DNA from: Atractiella rhizophila
Lineage: Eukaryota
Reading direction: 5' to 3'
Assembly: GCA_021432655.1 (NCBI GenBank)
Contig: MU271182.1
Coordinates: 186,001 to 250,000 of the forward strand
Length of the DNA stretch: 64,000 nucleotides
Both the position numbers and the translations under genes were made by a program. The notes beneath the pieces were generated by a model. The model was not told where the DNA came from, searched no databases, and saw only the letters and a list, made by a program, of their open reading frames with translations. Of the stretch, positions 1 to 10,715 are shown piece by piece (the first letter of the stretch is position 1; each line of letters starts with the position of its first letter).

Positions 1-487
1 AGGAGAGAATAGGACGGCGTCATGGAACACGGGACAAGGATAGGATGGTGAGAAATGGCGAGGGCGTCCGAACAGAGGTGCCAAGAAAGCGCGACGCGTC
101 CCTCCGACATCCCCATCTACCTCCCTGCTATCCGACGTCCATGTTCGACTTCTATGCTCACGGACTTGGTGCAGGTGGAGTGCGAGAGGAGGTGGAGTGA
201 AACTAGCAGAAAACGGAGCAACGGACCTAGCGCAAATTCCAGTTAGGAGGCTTGCGGAAAGGAAAGAGAGGGAGAAAGGAATACATTGCCAGCAAAAAGG
301 AAAGTCCCGACGAGGCTAGTGTGCGAAAAAGGCGGAGGGGTTGGCGGAATGCGAAATGAAGGGCGAACTTTGCCGCACAGGGTAAGTGCAGCAGAAAGAG
401 GAGGCAGAGGTCGAAAAGGAGTAGAAGAGACGTCGGGACGGTCTTTCTCACCGCTCTGTCCACCATTTCCACCATATGAAGTGACTC

Positions 488-3400
488 TCATGATAATGAC
501 ATTGACCCAGCAGATCGCGGTACATTCTTCTGAAACACATCCTGTATCTCCTTAACTCCAAAATCAAATGATAACTTATCGTCATCAGGGAAGCATCTGC
601 AGATTAAGGTGGTCCACTCCTTGATCAGCTTCGTCATTTCCTCCTCGCACACTTTCCAAACCGCCTGAGCAGCTCTCGAACTTTCAGCAGAAGGATTGCT
701 AATATCTCCAAAATGTTTATCGATCTGCTTCGAGAGCACTTCAGTCCCTTTCTTTAAGTCTTTGCGGTCGAAGGACGAGATAGTCTCCTTGAGCGATAAT
801 TTGGTATATCCATGAAGCGAGACTTCATTTGTTGGCGTGGTTCGAAGCAGTTGCTCCATCTCAGAGAAGAATTTGAGAAGGCGAGAGAGGAGATGACGAA
901 GGGCAACCTGGCTGTATTGATTTAAATGCTTGTCATACAGAGCTTGCCCGCGATCGAGCGATGGTTTGAGAGGAGCAATCTTCTTCGGACGGATCGTCGT
1001 GAGAAAGTGATGCATATTTTCTGATGTGGGTTAAGCAGTGATAAACTAGATGTGGGCAAAGCTCACCGATGAAGATGACATGGTAGTTCAGCTTATCTTT
1101 ACTATCCTCCGCAGCTGCAGCGTCTCCTTCCATTTCGGCCATTTGCTCCAAACTTTCCAACATGGACGAGAAAACTCCGTTGTATACAGCATTCACAAGT
1201 TTGCGCGCCGGAAGCCTATCATCTGATGGGACGATTTGAGATTCTATCCGGTCCACGAAGCGCTACCATCAAGCATTCTAAGGTCCTGGACGCGACCGAC
1301 CTTCAGCATGAAAGACGCACCGGGAACACACGAATAAAGGGAACAACTCCTTTCCGCTTCTCAAGAGTAAGCTTTGTCTGCTCGATAGCTTTAGTCTGCT
1401 CTTTGAAGATTTTTTGCAAGAATACGCTGGCTTTCTGATAATTTTCTTGCATCATTCGAGCAATAAAGTCGTTCCTCTGTGTTGCTGCACGCGTGGCTTC
1501 TCGATCCAAGACGGCGAGAATACCGACAATTTGACTGCCCCCACGAAGTCAACCACCGACACGATAAAATTAGAAGATCGTTACAATCCGTCTTGAGCGG
1601 TTTGGGAGTCGATCCAAGCACTTAATTCGGTGGCCATGAACCCAAATATCTTGCCAAGAGAATGCCGCATATCCATATCCGTAAAGCGAGTCTGTTGTCC
1701 TGCCATCGCAGCGGCTCCCTGCTTAAAGCTAGGTTCGAGGTCCATGTAGTCGGCAAAGGTCGAGGGGTTCACAGAGGAGGAAAAGGTGTGCAAGAACTCA
1801 GCTATGAAGGCTTGCTCTCTCTCTATTTGGCTCACAATACGGTCGACCAGCTGTTTGAAGGTCTGGAGACCAGAACCGTGAGCAACACTTAACGGGGCAA
1901 TGGTGCACTCTGACCTGATGAGGTGGCCTTCCGAGTTTGTTAAAAAAATCGCCTGTCTTCAACTTCTTTCTGGCTGCGGATTTGTTAAGCGCGACTGCAG
2001 CATTAGCACATTGGTACGTGAAGCCTGTGAGAGCAATTGAACGCAGTTTTGATGGAAGAATCAGTTGCCTACTAGCTTCTTGCTCATCCTCTGTTGGTTT
2101 GTGCGATAGTTTTCTGTAAGCAGCAAAGAGCCCCGTCATCTCTTTCCGATGGAGATCACTGGCGGAGCTACAATAAGCCTGTGTACAGTTGTCAAGAGAG
2201 CCTGAAACTGAGGGAAGCAACTGACAGAACAGATTTGTTGAAAGCGTTCATAATCGACCTCCTTCATGAAAAGCATAAGGCCACGGTACCGACCCAGATT
2301 CTCTTCCAATTTAGCGTGACTGGGTAAGCAAAGGTTGTTCTTGTCAATCGACCACAATGAATCTTTCTCCATCTGGTTGATCTATGAGACGGATCAGAAA
2401 GGCACCTGAAAGTAGAGAACTCAGACGTGGAGCTTGAACTTAGCCACCAAGAACTCCTGTACCGTGGTACAAAATTGTGGAGCCCGTTCGCGATGTTCAA
2501 CAAGACGTTCATTAACAGCAATCATGTCTCCGATGCCTGGTAATTCATCAATTTCGGAGATGATGAAAGACAGACCCATCTCTCCGGTCGACAAGAAAGC
2601 TTTATAGTGTGTCGTAGCTGACCGTTCTAACATTTGGAGAGTCTGAGGTGCCGGCGAGGGGAAAACGGCCAAACTTGTGCTTTGGCCACGAGAATGTTCC
2701 ATAGGTCGAGGCGCTACTCGCAGTGGTGGACATGGTGCAAAGTGAATACTAGTGATGCCTTCACGATTGTGATTGGAGGCCAGAACTGAGGCTCTTGGGC
2801 TAGGTTGAATCGATCCAACCTCTATCTCCCTTTGTGTAATCGAAGCAATCTTAGAGATGGTCGGCACGGCAGCACTTCCAGAAGTGAGGCGGTTCCCTCG
2901 GGCTTCCAGTTTCTGGATGCAAGTCTCATGCTCATCTTGATTGATCGCATTGGACTTGACGATTGCCAAAAGATCAGTCATGTTTTGCTCCTGTGAAGAA
3001 ACCCTGAGTCCAGTCAACTAATGAATGAGGAAAACGGTACCAGGTTTGTGATGGCGTTAGAGACCTTCTGCGTTTCTACCTTAGAGGCGTTGAAGACGTC
3101 GTAAAGGGCGATAGTGGTTGTGACCTACAAGAAGTAAGACGTTTCGCCCAACTAATGAGGAAGAGCCAACGTTAAATCTTGCAATCGCTTTGTCGACATC
3201 GAGAGAGAGTTTTTTCAATTCCTCCCCAATGCTGTTTGCATGCCACGCACCCCCCAACAAGCTGTCCCGTTGCTTTTGGATACGGTTGAGCACTCCTTCA
3301 GCATTTATAATCGCACTATTCTTCCTTCAATATTGAAGAACAAAAGAATAAACATGGGCTCCACTCACCTTTCGATTATAGAGTTATTCTCTTGTGGTAC

Positions 3401-3604
3401 CCCTTTCTCAGCTGCATTCTGGATCAAGGTTTCCAGCATGAGGATCTTTTCTGGAAGGGCCTCAATCTCTTTTGAGTTGTCTTTCATCTAGGTAACACCT
3501 GAGCCGCTCCAATTCTTCGGCAAGAAAGCACAAACCTTTTGCAAATGTTTGACGATTCCCCATGAAGCTTTGACCGCAGCGCTTGTCCCAGTAACGAAAT
3601 CCAT
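488..3604 (-). CDS. SEC3: Multi-exon chimeric gene: MLKL/HeLo-like N-terminal helical domain + low-complexity linker + C-terminal half of exocyst subunit Sec3 (Sec3 paralog lacking the PH-like and coiled-coil regions)
   Basis: Manual splicing from ATG 3604 through GT-AG introns (3535-3488, 3368-3316, 3170-3125, ~3064-3018 and further ~45-60 bp introns) gives an open frame to the stop at 488. C-terminal Sec3 motifs: HAKLEENLGRYRGLMLFMKEVD, IEREQAFIAEFL, KAIEQTKLTLEKRKGVVPFIRVFP, KDKLNYHVIFIENMHHF. Confidence 0.85.
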
Positions 3605-4219
3605 CCTATCTTGGGGACGCCTGCAGAAGCACGCGATTTGGATAATGGGAAGAGGAGGTGTCGGAAGTCAGGGACCTAGAGCTCTGGAAACTCAAACTTG
3701 CTCTCGCTCGAGCTTAGTTCAGAGAGATTTGAGAGAGATGGTGGACAGGACGGAAGGCGCTGAATGAGTCACTTCACTGTTCCAGGTGCTGGGCTGTGAA
3801 TAATTCTCAATGGGACAAAGAGAGGATCAAAACTTTAAAACAGAGTTCAAGCCAAGGACTCGCCAGACAAGTTCATGACACCATTGTGTGAAAGGTTCCT
3901 TCGAGCTGTCAGAGGACAATGCCTCCTCCTTCTGAAAACCTCATCCTTGTCTGCCCTCTCCCTCCTCGTAAGAAGCCGCGGCGCCGGTATGTGAAAAGCA
4001 AAGCCCATCTAGCGACGACGGGAACGTTTGGATCAGTTTGCGAAGTGTGCGGAGATGGCTGAGGGCTTGCTCAAGAAGCAAGGATTTGAGACGGAGCTTT
4101 TCTTGATTTCTCGATATCGGTTCCGGCTCTACTGCAACTGCAGTTCAGGTATCGCTACCTTGACAGAACCCAGACTCAGTCGCCTAAGTCTGCAGCGTTT
4201 CCCTCCTCTGCCGCCATAG

Positions 4220-4305
4220 GAGCTTCAAGCTCGTCGAGTTCACATGCTGGAGTCCCCCCCAACCTTATGAAGACTGGGAAAGAAACCTGTCTCAAGGCAC
4301 TGACA
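4220..4305 (-). repeat. LTR-like fragment related to the 5' end of the Copia element at ~28325
   Basis: Minus strand TGTCAGTGCCTTGAGACAGG...CCAGTCTTCATAAGGTTG...GAACTCGAC aligns with 28330-28410 (TGCCTTGAGACGGG...CCAGTCTTCATAAGGTTG...GAACTCGAC). It starts with TG. Confidence 0.6.
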
Positions 4306-4426
4306 GCCCTCGTCCCTCGGGCATCCCCACCCCCGCCAGTGGCTTCGCCCCTTGGACCCCAGCCTCCCGCGGCCACTGCGTGGAGCTCTTGCCTCTGGCA
4401 GCCACTGCGTGGGGCCTTGCCTTCGG
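4306..4426 (-). mobile_element. Orphan Helitron 3' subterminal module
   Basis: Near-identical to 18842-18963, 46110-46233 and 61829-61952 (CCACGCAGTGG x2, GGGGCGAAGCC, TGCCCGAGGGACGAGGGC). Confidence 0.85.
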
Positions 4427-5075
4427 ATCAGTGATCGAGACCCAAAATTCACAGCGACATTTTGGAGCTCTCTCATGCAGATCCTAAAATGTATGTCTAC
4501 AGCATATCATGCCCAGACAGATGGGTCCGCTGTACGACACATTCAAACGGCTATTGACGCTATTTGGCGATATTGTTCCTTTGGTTTATATCACATTGAC
4601 GATTTGGGCTTTACTCATGATTGGGTGTCCTTATTACCTGCACTAGAATTCACCTTCAATTCATCAAAGCATTCTAGCACAGGAAGAAGTCCTTTGAATT
4701 GGAAAGAGGTTATATTCCCCTTGCTCCTCAAACGTTCTGCGGCAAAAGAACTCTTCGCTACGGCTAAATCGCAGTGCAATCCACTTTGCAAACATGCTAG
4801 ATTTAGCGCAAAAGAGAGCTGTAGATTGTATTCAGGATGCCTTCGAGGCCGCAAAGGATCGCTGGGACAGACATCACACGCCGTCTCCTATCACAGTTGG
4901 CAACAAAGTCATGATCTCAACAAATCATTTCAATTTCAAGGATCCTCACCCAAAACTACATGATCAAATTTGCAGGACCATTCACAGTTACAGAACTGAC
5001 TGGCCCAAATACAGTCAGAGTACAATTAACACCTCCTTATGACAAGAAACAACCCGTGTTCTCTGTTCAGCTCTG
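4427..5075 (+). pseudogene. Ty3/Gypsy integrase C-terminal fragment (frameshifted)
   Basis: ISDRDPKFTATFW, MSTAYHAQTDG, DWVSLLPALEFTFNSSKHSSTGRSP, and the GPF motif KFAGPFTVTELTGPNTVRVQL, spread over several frames. Confidence 0.85.
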
Positions 5076-5105
5076 CAACATCCCATTGTTGTTGACAAGA
5101 CTTGA

Positions 5106-5504
5106 TGGTGTCATATCCATCAGCTGGAAGAACACTTCCCAGAACAAACTGAATCCATGAGGGATCTATGGGATAATGTAGCAGGGACTGTAGAAGGTTT
5201 AGGCTTAAGTAGCATATTCACTGGGGTGGTTCTCAACTACGGCGTCTCCACTTGGCTTCATGTGGACAAAAAGGATCATAAATTGTGTGTAGTCATCCCC
5301 TTTCATGGTGGTGAACAGCTGGGAGGGTGAGAAGGTGGGGATCTTCTGCTACCAGAGCAGCGTTTGAGATTAGAGCTGCTGCAGCCGGTGAGGTTTGCCT
5401 CAACCAAGATGCTCCACTGTAATATGGAGGTCAAGGGGTGGAGAGGATCAATTGTCCTGCAGTATGATTCATACTTGGGAAGGGAATTGGGAGTTGATCC
5501 CTAG
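5106..5504 (+). pseudogene. TET/JBP-like 2OG-Fe(II) dioxygenase remnant
   Basis: Not in the ORF track. Frame 3 reads ...IFTGVVLNYGVSTWLHVDKKDHKLCVVIPFHGGEQLGG*EGGDLLLPEQRLRLEL...KMLHCNMEVKGWRGSIVLQYD. It has HxD (5259-5267), GGxLxL, a distal H and RxS. In-frame TGA at 5328-5330. Confidence 0.75.
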
Positions 5505-6539
5505 GTGCATGACTGAGGGTTATACTTTACTAGTATTGAACATTGAGTCCTTGTATTCAACATCATCATCATAATCCAAAGTTAGTGAACCTTTGTTGTA
5601 CATGAGCAGAAACTACTTGAGACAGCTAGGAAGTGGAGACCAAGGTAGTGGGAATTGTGTGGGTACCTGACCTGCTGACCTGCAGTTGCTGTAAACGGAC
5701 CTTAACCCTTCCAGATAAGATCTGGTGACCCTAACCTGTAACATCAGCACATTTGTAGGCTAATATGTCTCTGTGAAGGCCAACTGCCATGGATACCTGA
5801 GAGTGAAAAACAATGCTCAGCTCCTTGATCCACTTTGACTGCTCCAGCCAGCCCAGGTATATTCTAATTCCTTCCACCAGTGGATTGGCTCTGTCTCTTA
5901 TTTGAGCTCATCTCCGATATGAAAGACTTCGCTTAGTTGGGGCCAGGAACGCAAGCCATATTCAGGTACCAAGGCTATGAGCCTCTGACTTGCATCCATA
6001 ACATAACATTTCTCGCAAACAAAGTTACCAAAGTTACTCCTCTTATGGCTAGCCTTGCACTTTCCCAGGGAAATTAAGGCGATGCTGAGGAGAAACACTG
6101 GATGATTTGAAGTTTAATTGTCCGCCTCTCCCAATCCCTCCGCTCTGAATTCGCCCCAATAGTCTCCTCCATGCACTCACTCCTCTTGTCATTTGCCTTG
6201 CGACGGTTTTGTGAACAAACTAACACTTTCAAAGGAGATAGGGGATGGCTTCACATTGTACCTTTCTTATGTCTTCGCAACAGCAACTATCTGAACAATC
6301 TCGTTGGCAGCCTAGTGGTACATCGCTTCATTCACCTTCTGTCTTGGGAGTTTTGACTTTCAGCCAGCATCTCCGAAGTCCAGGCAATCGAGATGCCGGC
6401 CACAATCGACAACAGAGCAAAAAAACGACCATCATCTCCACCATCCCGACCCGACATTATACTTAAGAAAATTCCCACCTTCTCCCAACCACACCTCTCC
6501 AAAATTTCGCCCAACTCATCCCACCTCTAACTTTCTCAG

Positions 6540-8068
6540 ATGCTTCCCCCTCCTGGCTCCCAGCTAGGCAGAGAAGAGCTTACATCGCCATCTGCTGTAA
6601 GGGACATTGAAGTAGATTCTACCTCAATGTGGGACCCAATCTCAAGGGTTCCTGGCTATCAATCCAACGCTCGTCTCGAGCCTCAGACTCCTAAAGCCAA
6701 AAAATTCCTCAACGCACTCCTGCCAAATGTCCTAGATCATGAGGATCCCATCAAGATACTCCAGCTACTGCGGGACTTCCTTTATAATACACGCAGACTC
6801 ATGCGCAACCAGAACTTGATGACGTTCAAGAATCACGAGTTTGACTTCTTAGACAGCTTGATGAACCATCTGAGCACCCGCCTGAGCTCCCCAGAGGCGA
6901 GAGACTCTCCGTCGTCAGTAGGGCTAGAGGTCAAGAGGGGTATTGAAACCCTAAAAGGCCAACCACTTTGGGAGCCAAGACGGCGGAACGCATGGCCAGC
7001 CACCTGTCAAAACTACATGGAGGAACCAAAGCTAAGCACCATAATCTCTCTGTCCTCCCCCAATCTGTCCACCACCACACTCCCCCCAGCCCCCACAAAG
7101 CTCTACTAATGATGCTTGCCCAGCTCACGCTCATGTGGAAACAGCCAACCGCCCTGGACTCTGAAAGTACCTCGGATTCTCCTTCCAAAGAGGGGGTTAT
7201 AGGGTCATATCTTAGTGCAACCTCATCAAAGAGGAACCTCAGAAGCTAGTCATGATTTTCAAAGACGTGTTCATGGCAAAAAGCATTCCCAGTGAAGTGT
7301 ATAAACACATGTAGGGAAGTGATAGACAAACTCTCAAGTTGTTCGCTCACCTTCGAGTCAGAGCTACTCAGCACTTGAAGAGTGGCGATTTGCCTCTCCA
7401 CTTCTACGATCCCATGGATATGGAAGAAGCAATTAGAACACACAAGAACAGTGGCTTCTTGCCGTTGAAGACAGATGGTCCATCAAGCAAAAAAGCTTCC
7501 TAGTAATAGCCCACGCTGTCCCCATGTCCTTCGACATTGAGGCCACAGAGGAAACACGGAGAAGACTTGAGCTATTCAACCTCGCCTTGATGAACCATGT
7601 GAAGAAGTTAAGCTGGTGCCTCCCTAAGCAGTCCGCAACATTGTCTCAGGAGCAAGTGAAAACACACTCCTCTCTCATCCTCAACATCTACAATCCTACT
7701 GCTGCCGACGTGCTAATTGAGTTCGGTCTTGTCATTGACGGGAAAGCGTTCATGGTCGAGAAATCCATCCGAGATGTTCTAAGATGCTATAAGTGTCAAA
7801 AACTTGGTCACACCGCCGCGAGGTGCAAGGCCCCAGTGTCCTGTGGGGTTTGCGCCGGCCCCCATTTTACTAAGAGTTGTACCCTCTCCTGCGTCAACCC
7901 CTCCCCTGTCACAATGCGTTATACTGTCCCCATAAACCGATAAAGTGCTCCTTATGTGGGGCTAATGACCACAATGCTCAATGTAAAGGCTCGGAATGTG
8001 AGATCCCAAACGAAGCAAGGACTTCTCATAGGATCCAGGTTGGCTCATCCTACTACTATGTGAAATGA
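6540..8068 (+). pseudogene. LINE ORF1 (gag-like, CCHC zinc knuckles)
   Basis: RCYKCQKLGHTAARC, CGVCAGPHFTKSC, CSLCGANDHNAQCKGSEC. Frameshifted. Confidence 0.8.
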
Positions 8069-8256
8069 GTGCAGACCAGTTTCCGAGTCATCATTTCTCC
8101 AACAATCTAAGTTCTTCAAATTCATCACCTTTAATCTTTCTTCGAACCCTTCCTTTTCTTCTTCACCACCCATACCTTCCCCAGCCCAGTCCGCCTTTTT
8201 CAATCCCTTTCTAGCCTCCTCTCTCTGGCAGACCGCAAGCCCTGACGAACTTTCTC

Positions 8257-9984
8257 ATGTGGATAGCCCCTCTACGGACACCTCCATCCCTCCTCATCCT
8301 CCTCCCTCTCTATTCTGTGTGTTGCAATACAACATGCAGAAATCAGGCAGAAATTACCGGTCACCTTCCATTCTCTTCTCTCTACTACGCACTCTATCTA
8401 CGATGTCCTGCTCCTCCAAGAACCCTATTTTACACCAGGCAACTCTCTCCCATGCTATCCTAATTGGTGTCGATTATCGTCCTCTCCATCGGCATGCTCC
8501 ACCATTCTAGTCAACTCAGCAACAATCGCCAGTTCCGCTGTCTCCCAGATAGTCTCCCCCACACCAGACATCTCTGCAATAAGAGTAGACCTCGCTTCAC
8601 AATCCCTAATTTTCATCAATGTCTACAATGGTTCAGCACACTCCTCTGAAATCTTAATTGCCTTGTCAGATCTCATCCTTCAACAACAAAGGCTTGTCCC
8701 ATATTCTTGTGGATCACTTTTCTATGTAGGCGGAGATTTCAACCTTCATCACGATCACTGGAACCAAGAAGGGATGCGAAAGCGGAGGAGCTTCTTTCGT
8801 TAATGATAACTGCCGGCCTCGAGCTCAGATCAGAGCAAGGAGTAATCACATGGGCAGCAAGGGACTCAGAAACAGTAATCGTCCTGGTCTTTGTGAATCC
8901 GGGAATAGACAACTTGATAGATTGCTGCATCACCGATCACTCCAGAAAGGAACCATGGTTCTGACCACTTTCCCATTTTCACAGTACTCAACCTAATGAA
9001 ACCCAATCACCTAGAACAGAGGCTTCTCAACCTTCAAAAAGCTGACTGGAATTGAGTGAGGGAAGAGGCAGGAGGAAGACTCAAGGGTACCAATTCAATC
9101 TTGACAGAAGATTGGAAACTGAGGAGGAAATCAACAATGCCACAGAGTTCCTGACGAAAGTGCTTCAAGGTTTTCAAACAGGTGTTGGGATGCGGATCTA
9201 ACAGCTCTCAATGCTCAAGCAAACAGGCACAGAAACTTCCAGAAGACCAAAAGAGATGAGGACCATGCTTTGTTGTGGCAGAGTTCTCTTCAAACTTTTA
9301 GGCATGCGGTCAAGGCGCGGAAGGCTCGCACTGGAATAATTTTCTAGCCGCCTTATGGACAGCATCGTCATATGCAAAGCATGAGAGCCATGAGAGACAA
9401 ATCCCACCTCTTAAGAACCTTGAGGACTCTTTCACTCTCGACAATGAAGGCAAAGCGAGGGTATTTCATGACACCTTTAGCGCCATGCACCCCAACCCGG
9501 AGCTAGAGGACTTGGATCAAGATGGGTTAGACAACTCAATAGAAGTTGACTTCGGAGCGATTGAGATTCAGGAGCTAGATGAATACATCAAGAGAGCAAA
9601 AAGGAAGTCGGCCCAGGGGACGATGGGATTTCACATTGGGTCTTGAAGGAAACGTGGGATGTAATAAGGGAAGTTCTCTTCCATATAATAGATTCTTGCT
9701 TCTGCATAGGGTACTACCCACAGTGTTGGAAGGGCTTTTCAATATCACTGTTGAGAAAGCCGAAGAGGCCCAACTACACAGTAACCAAAGCGTGTCGTCC
9801 AATCGCACTGCTCAGGTGCCACGCTAAAGTTCCCGATGGGGCCCTAGTCACGAAACTCGCTTACTTCACTGAGAAACACCATCTCCTTCCTGATCAACAC
9901 TTTGGAGGGCGTGTGGGGACAGGCGCCACTGACACCCTTATATCCGTGGTAGAGTTCATCATGGATGGCTGTGTTATCTGGTAA
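8257..9984 (+). pseudogene. LINE ORF2 (APE endonuclease + partial reverse transcriptase)
   Basis: VLQYNMQKS, VGGDFNLHH (~8726), GSDHFPI (~8957), YYPQCWK...LRKPKRPNYTVTKACRPIALL, LLPDQHFGGRVG. It ends before YxDD. Confidence 0.85.
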
Positions 9985-10589
9985 GTTTCTAGTCGCGGGA
10001 GCAGCGTTATGTGTGAACCCCAGATGACGACAACACTCAAATAGGTATTTATTCCTAGATTCTTGATATGCGACATTTTCCTCATGACCCATGACAGCCC
10101 TGCTAATCACAGCCAACTGACTCAGCACCAACCAATATGTTCGCTGGCACTCAATCCTTTTCTGTCGCTAATGGTGGCTACTTAGTCTACAGTCTGTTTG
10201 TCAGAACCACACTTTATTAGGGTGGAGAAGTGCCTACACCGAGAGACAATTTATCTTTGAGGAACAACCAGGGATAACAGTCACACCAAATGGTTGTGTA
10301 AGGGCTGTTCTCATGGATAGGGAGATGAATGGTGAGTTTTTAGGGCCATGGGTTGCCGCAAGGAATGATGAACTAATGCGATAGATGGTAATCGATTCGT
10401 TCGTAAACAATTGGAAGGAAATAATTCGCATAATCGATGATGAAATATGTTTTTACCCTATGCCTCATGTTGTCAATACTTATTTTGAATGATCTCTGCG
10501 CTACACACCTGCAGCACCACTTGCCAGCGGTAACCTTCTATGAATTGTATGTTGCAGAACACCAGCTATTGAACGGCAGCAATGCATTT

Positions 10590-10715
10590 CACCATATACT
10601 CACCATATACATCACCTACTTCCATATAGAGCACCTTTGCCTCTTCAAATGCCTTCAGAGCATCCTCATTCTCGCCATGGGGGTAAAAACAATTGCCGAG
10701 GGACCTTGTCAGCGA
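10590..10715 (-). pseudogene. Displaced 3' part (TPR repeat) of the patatin-NLR gene
   Basis: After removing the hAT, ...ERLKLRRSLTR continues in frame as SLGNCFYPHGENEDALKAFEEAKVLYMEVGDVYG, which is TPR-like. Confidence 0.7.

Larger units (their letters stand above)
6370..9984 (+). mobile_element. Decayed, 3'-truncated LINE (Tad1-like non-LTR retrotransposon)
   Basis: ORF1 with zinc knuckles, followed by APE endonuclease and RT N-terminal motifs. Many stops and frameshifts. The 5' boundary is approximate. Confidence 0.85.

Noticed and set aside
4296..4310. Apparent second micro-inversion of the Helitron tail (TGTCAGTGCC vs GGCACTGACA)
   Set aside because: The sequence continues as LTR-like DNA similar to 28330-28410, so it is better explained as the TG start of an LTR fragment.
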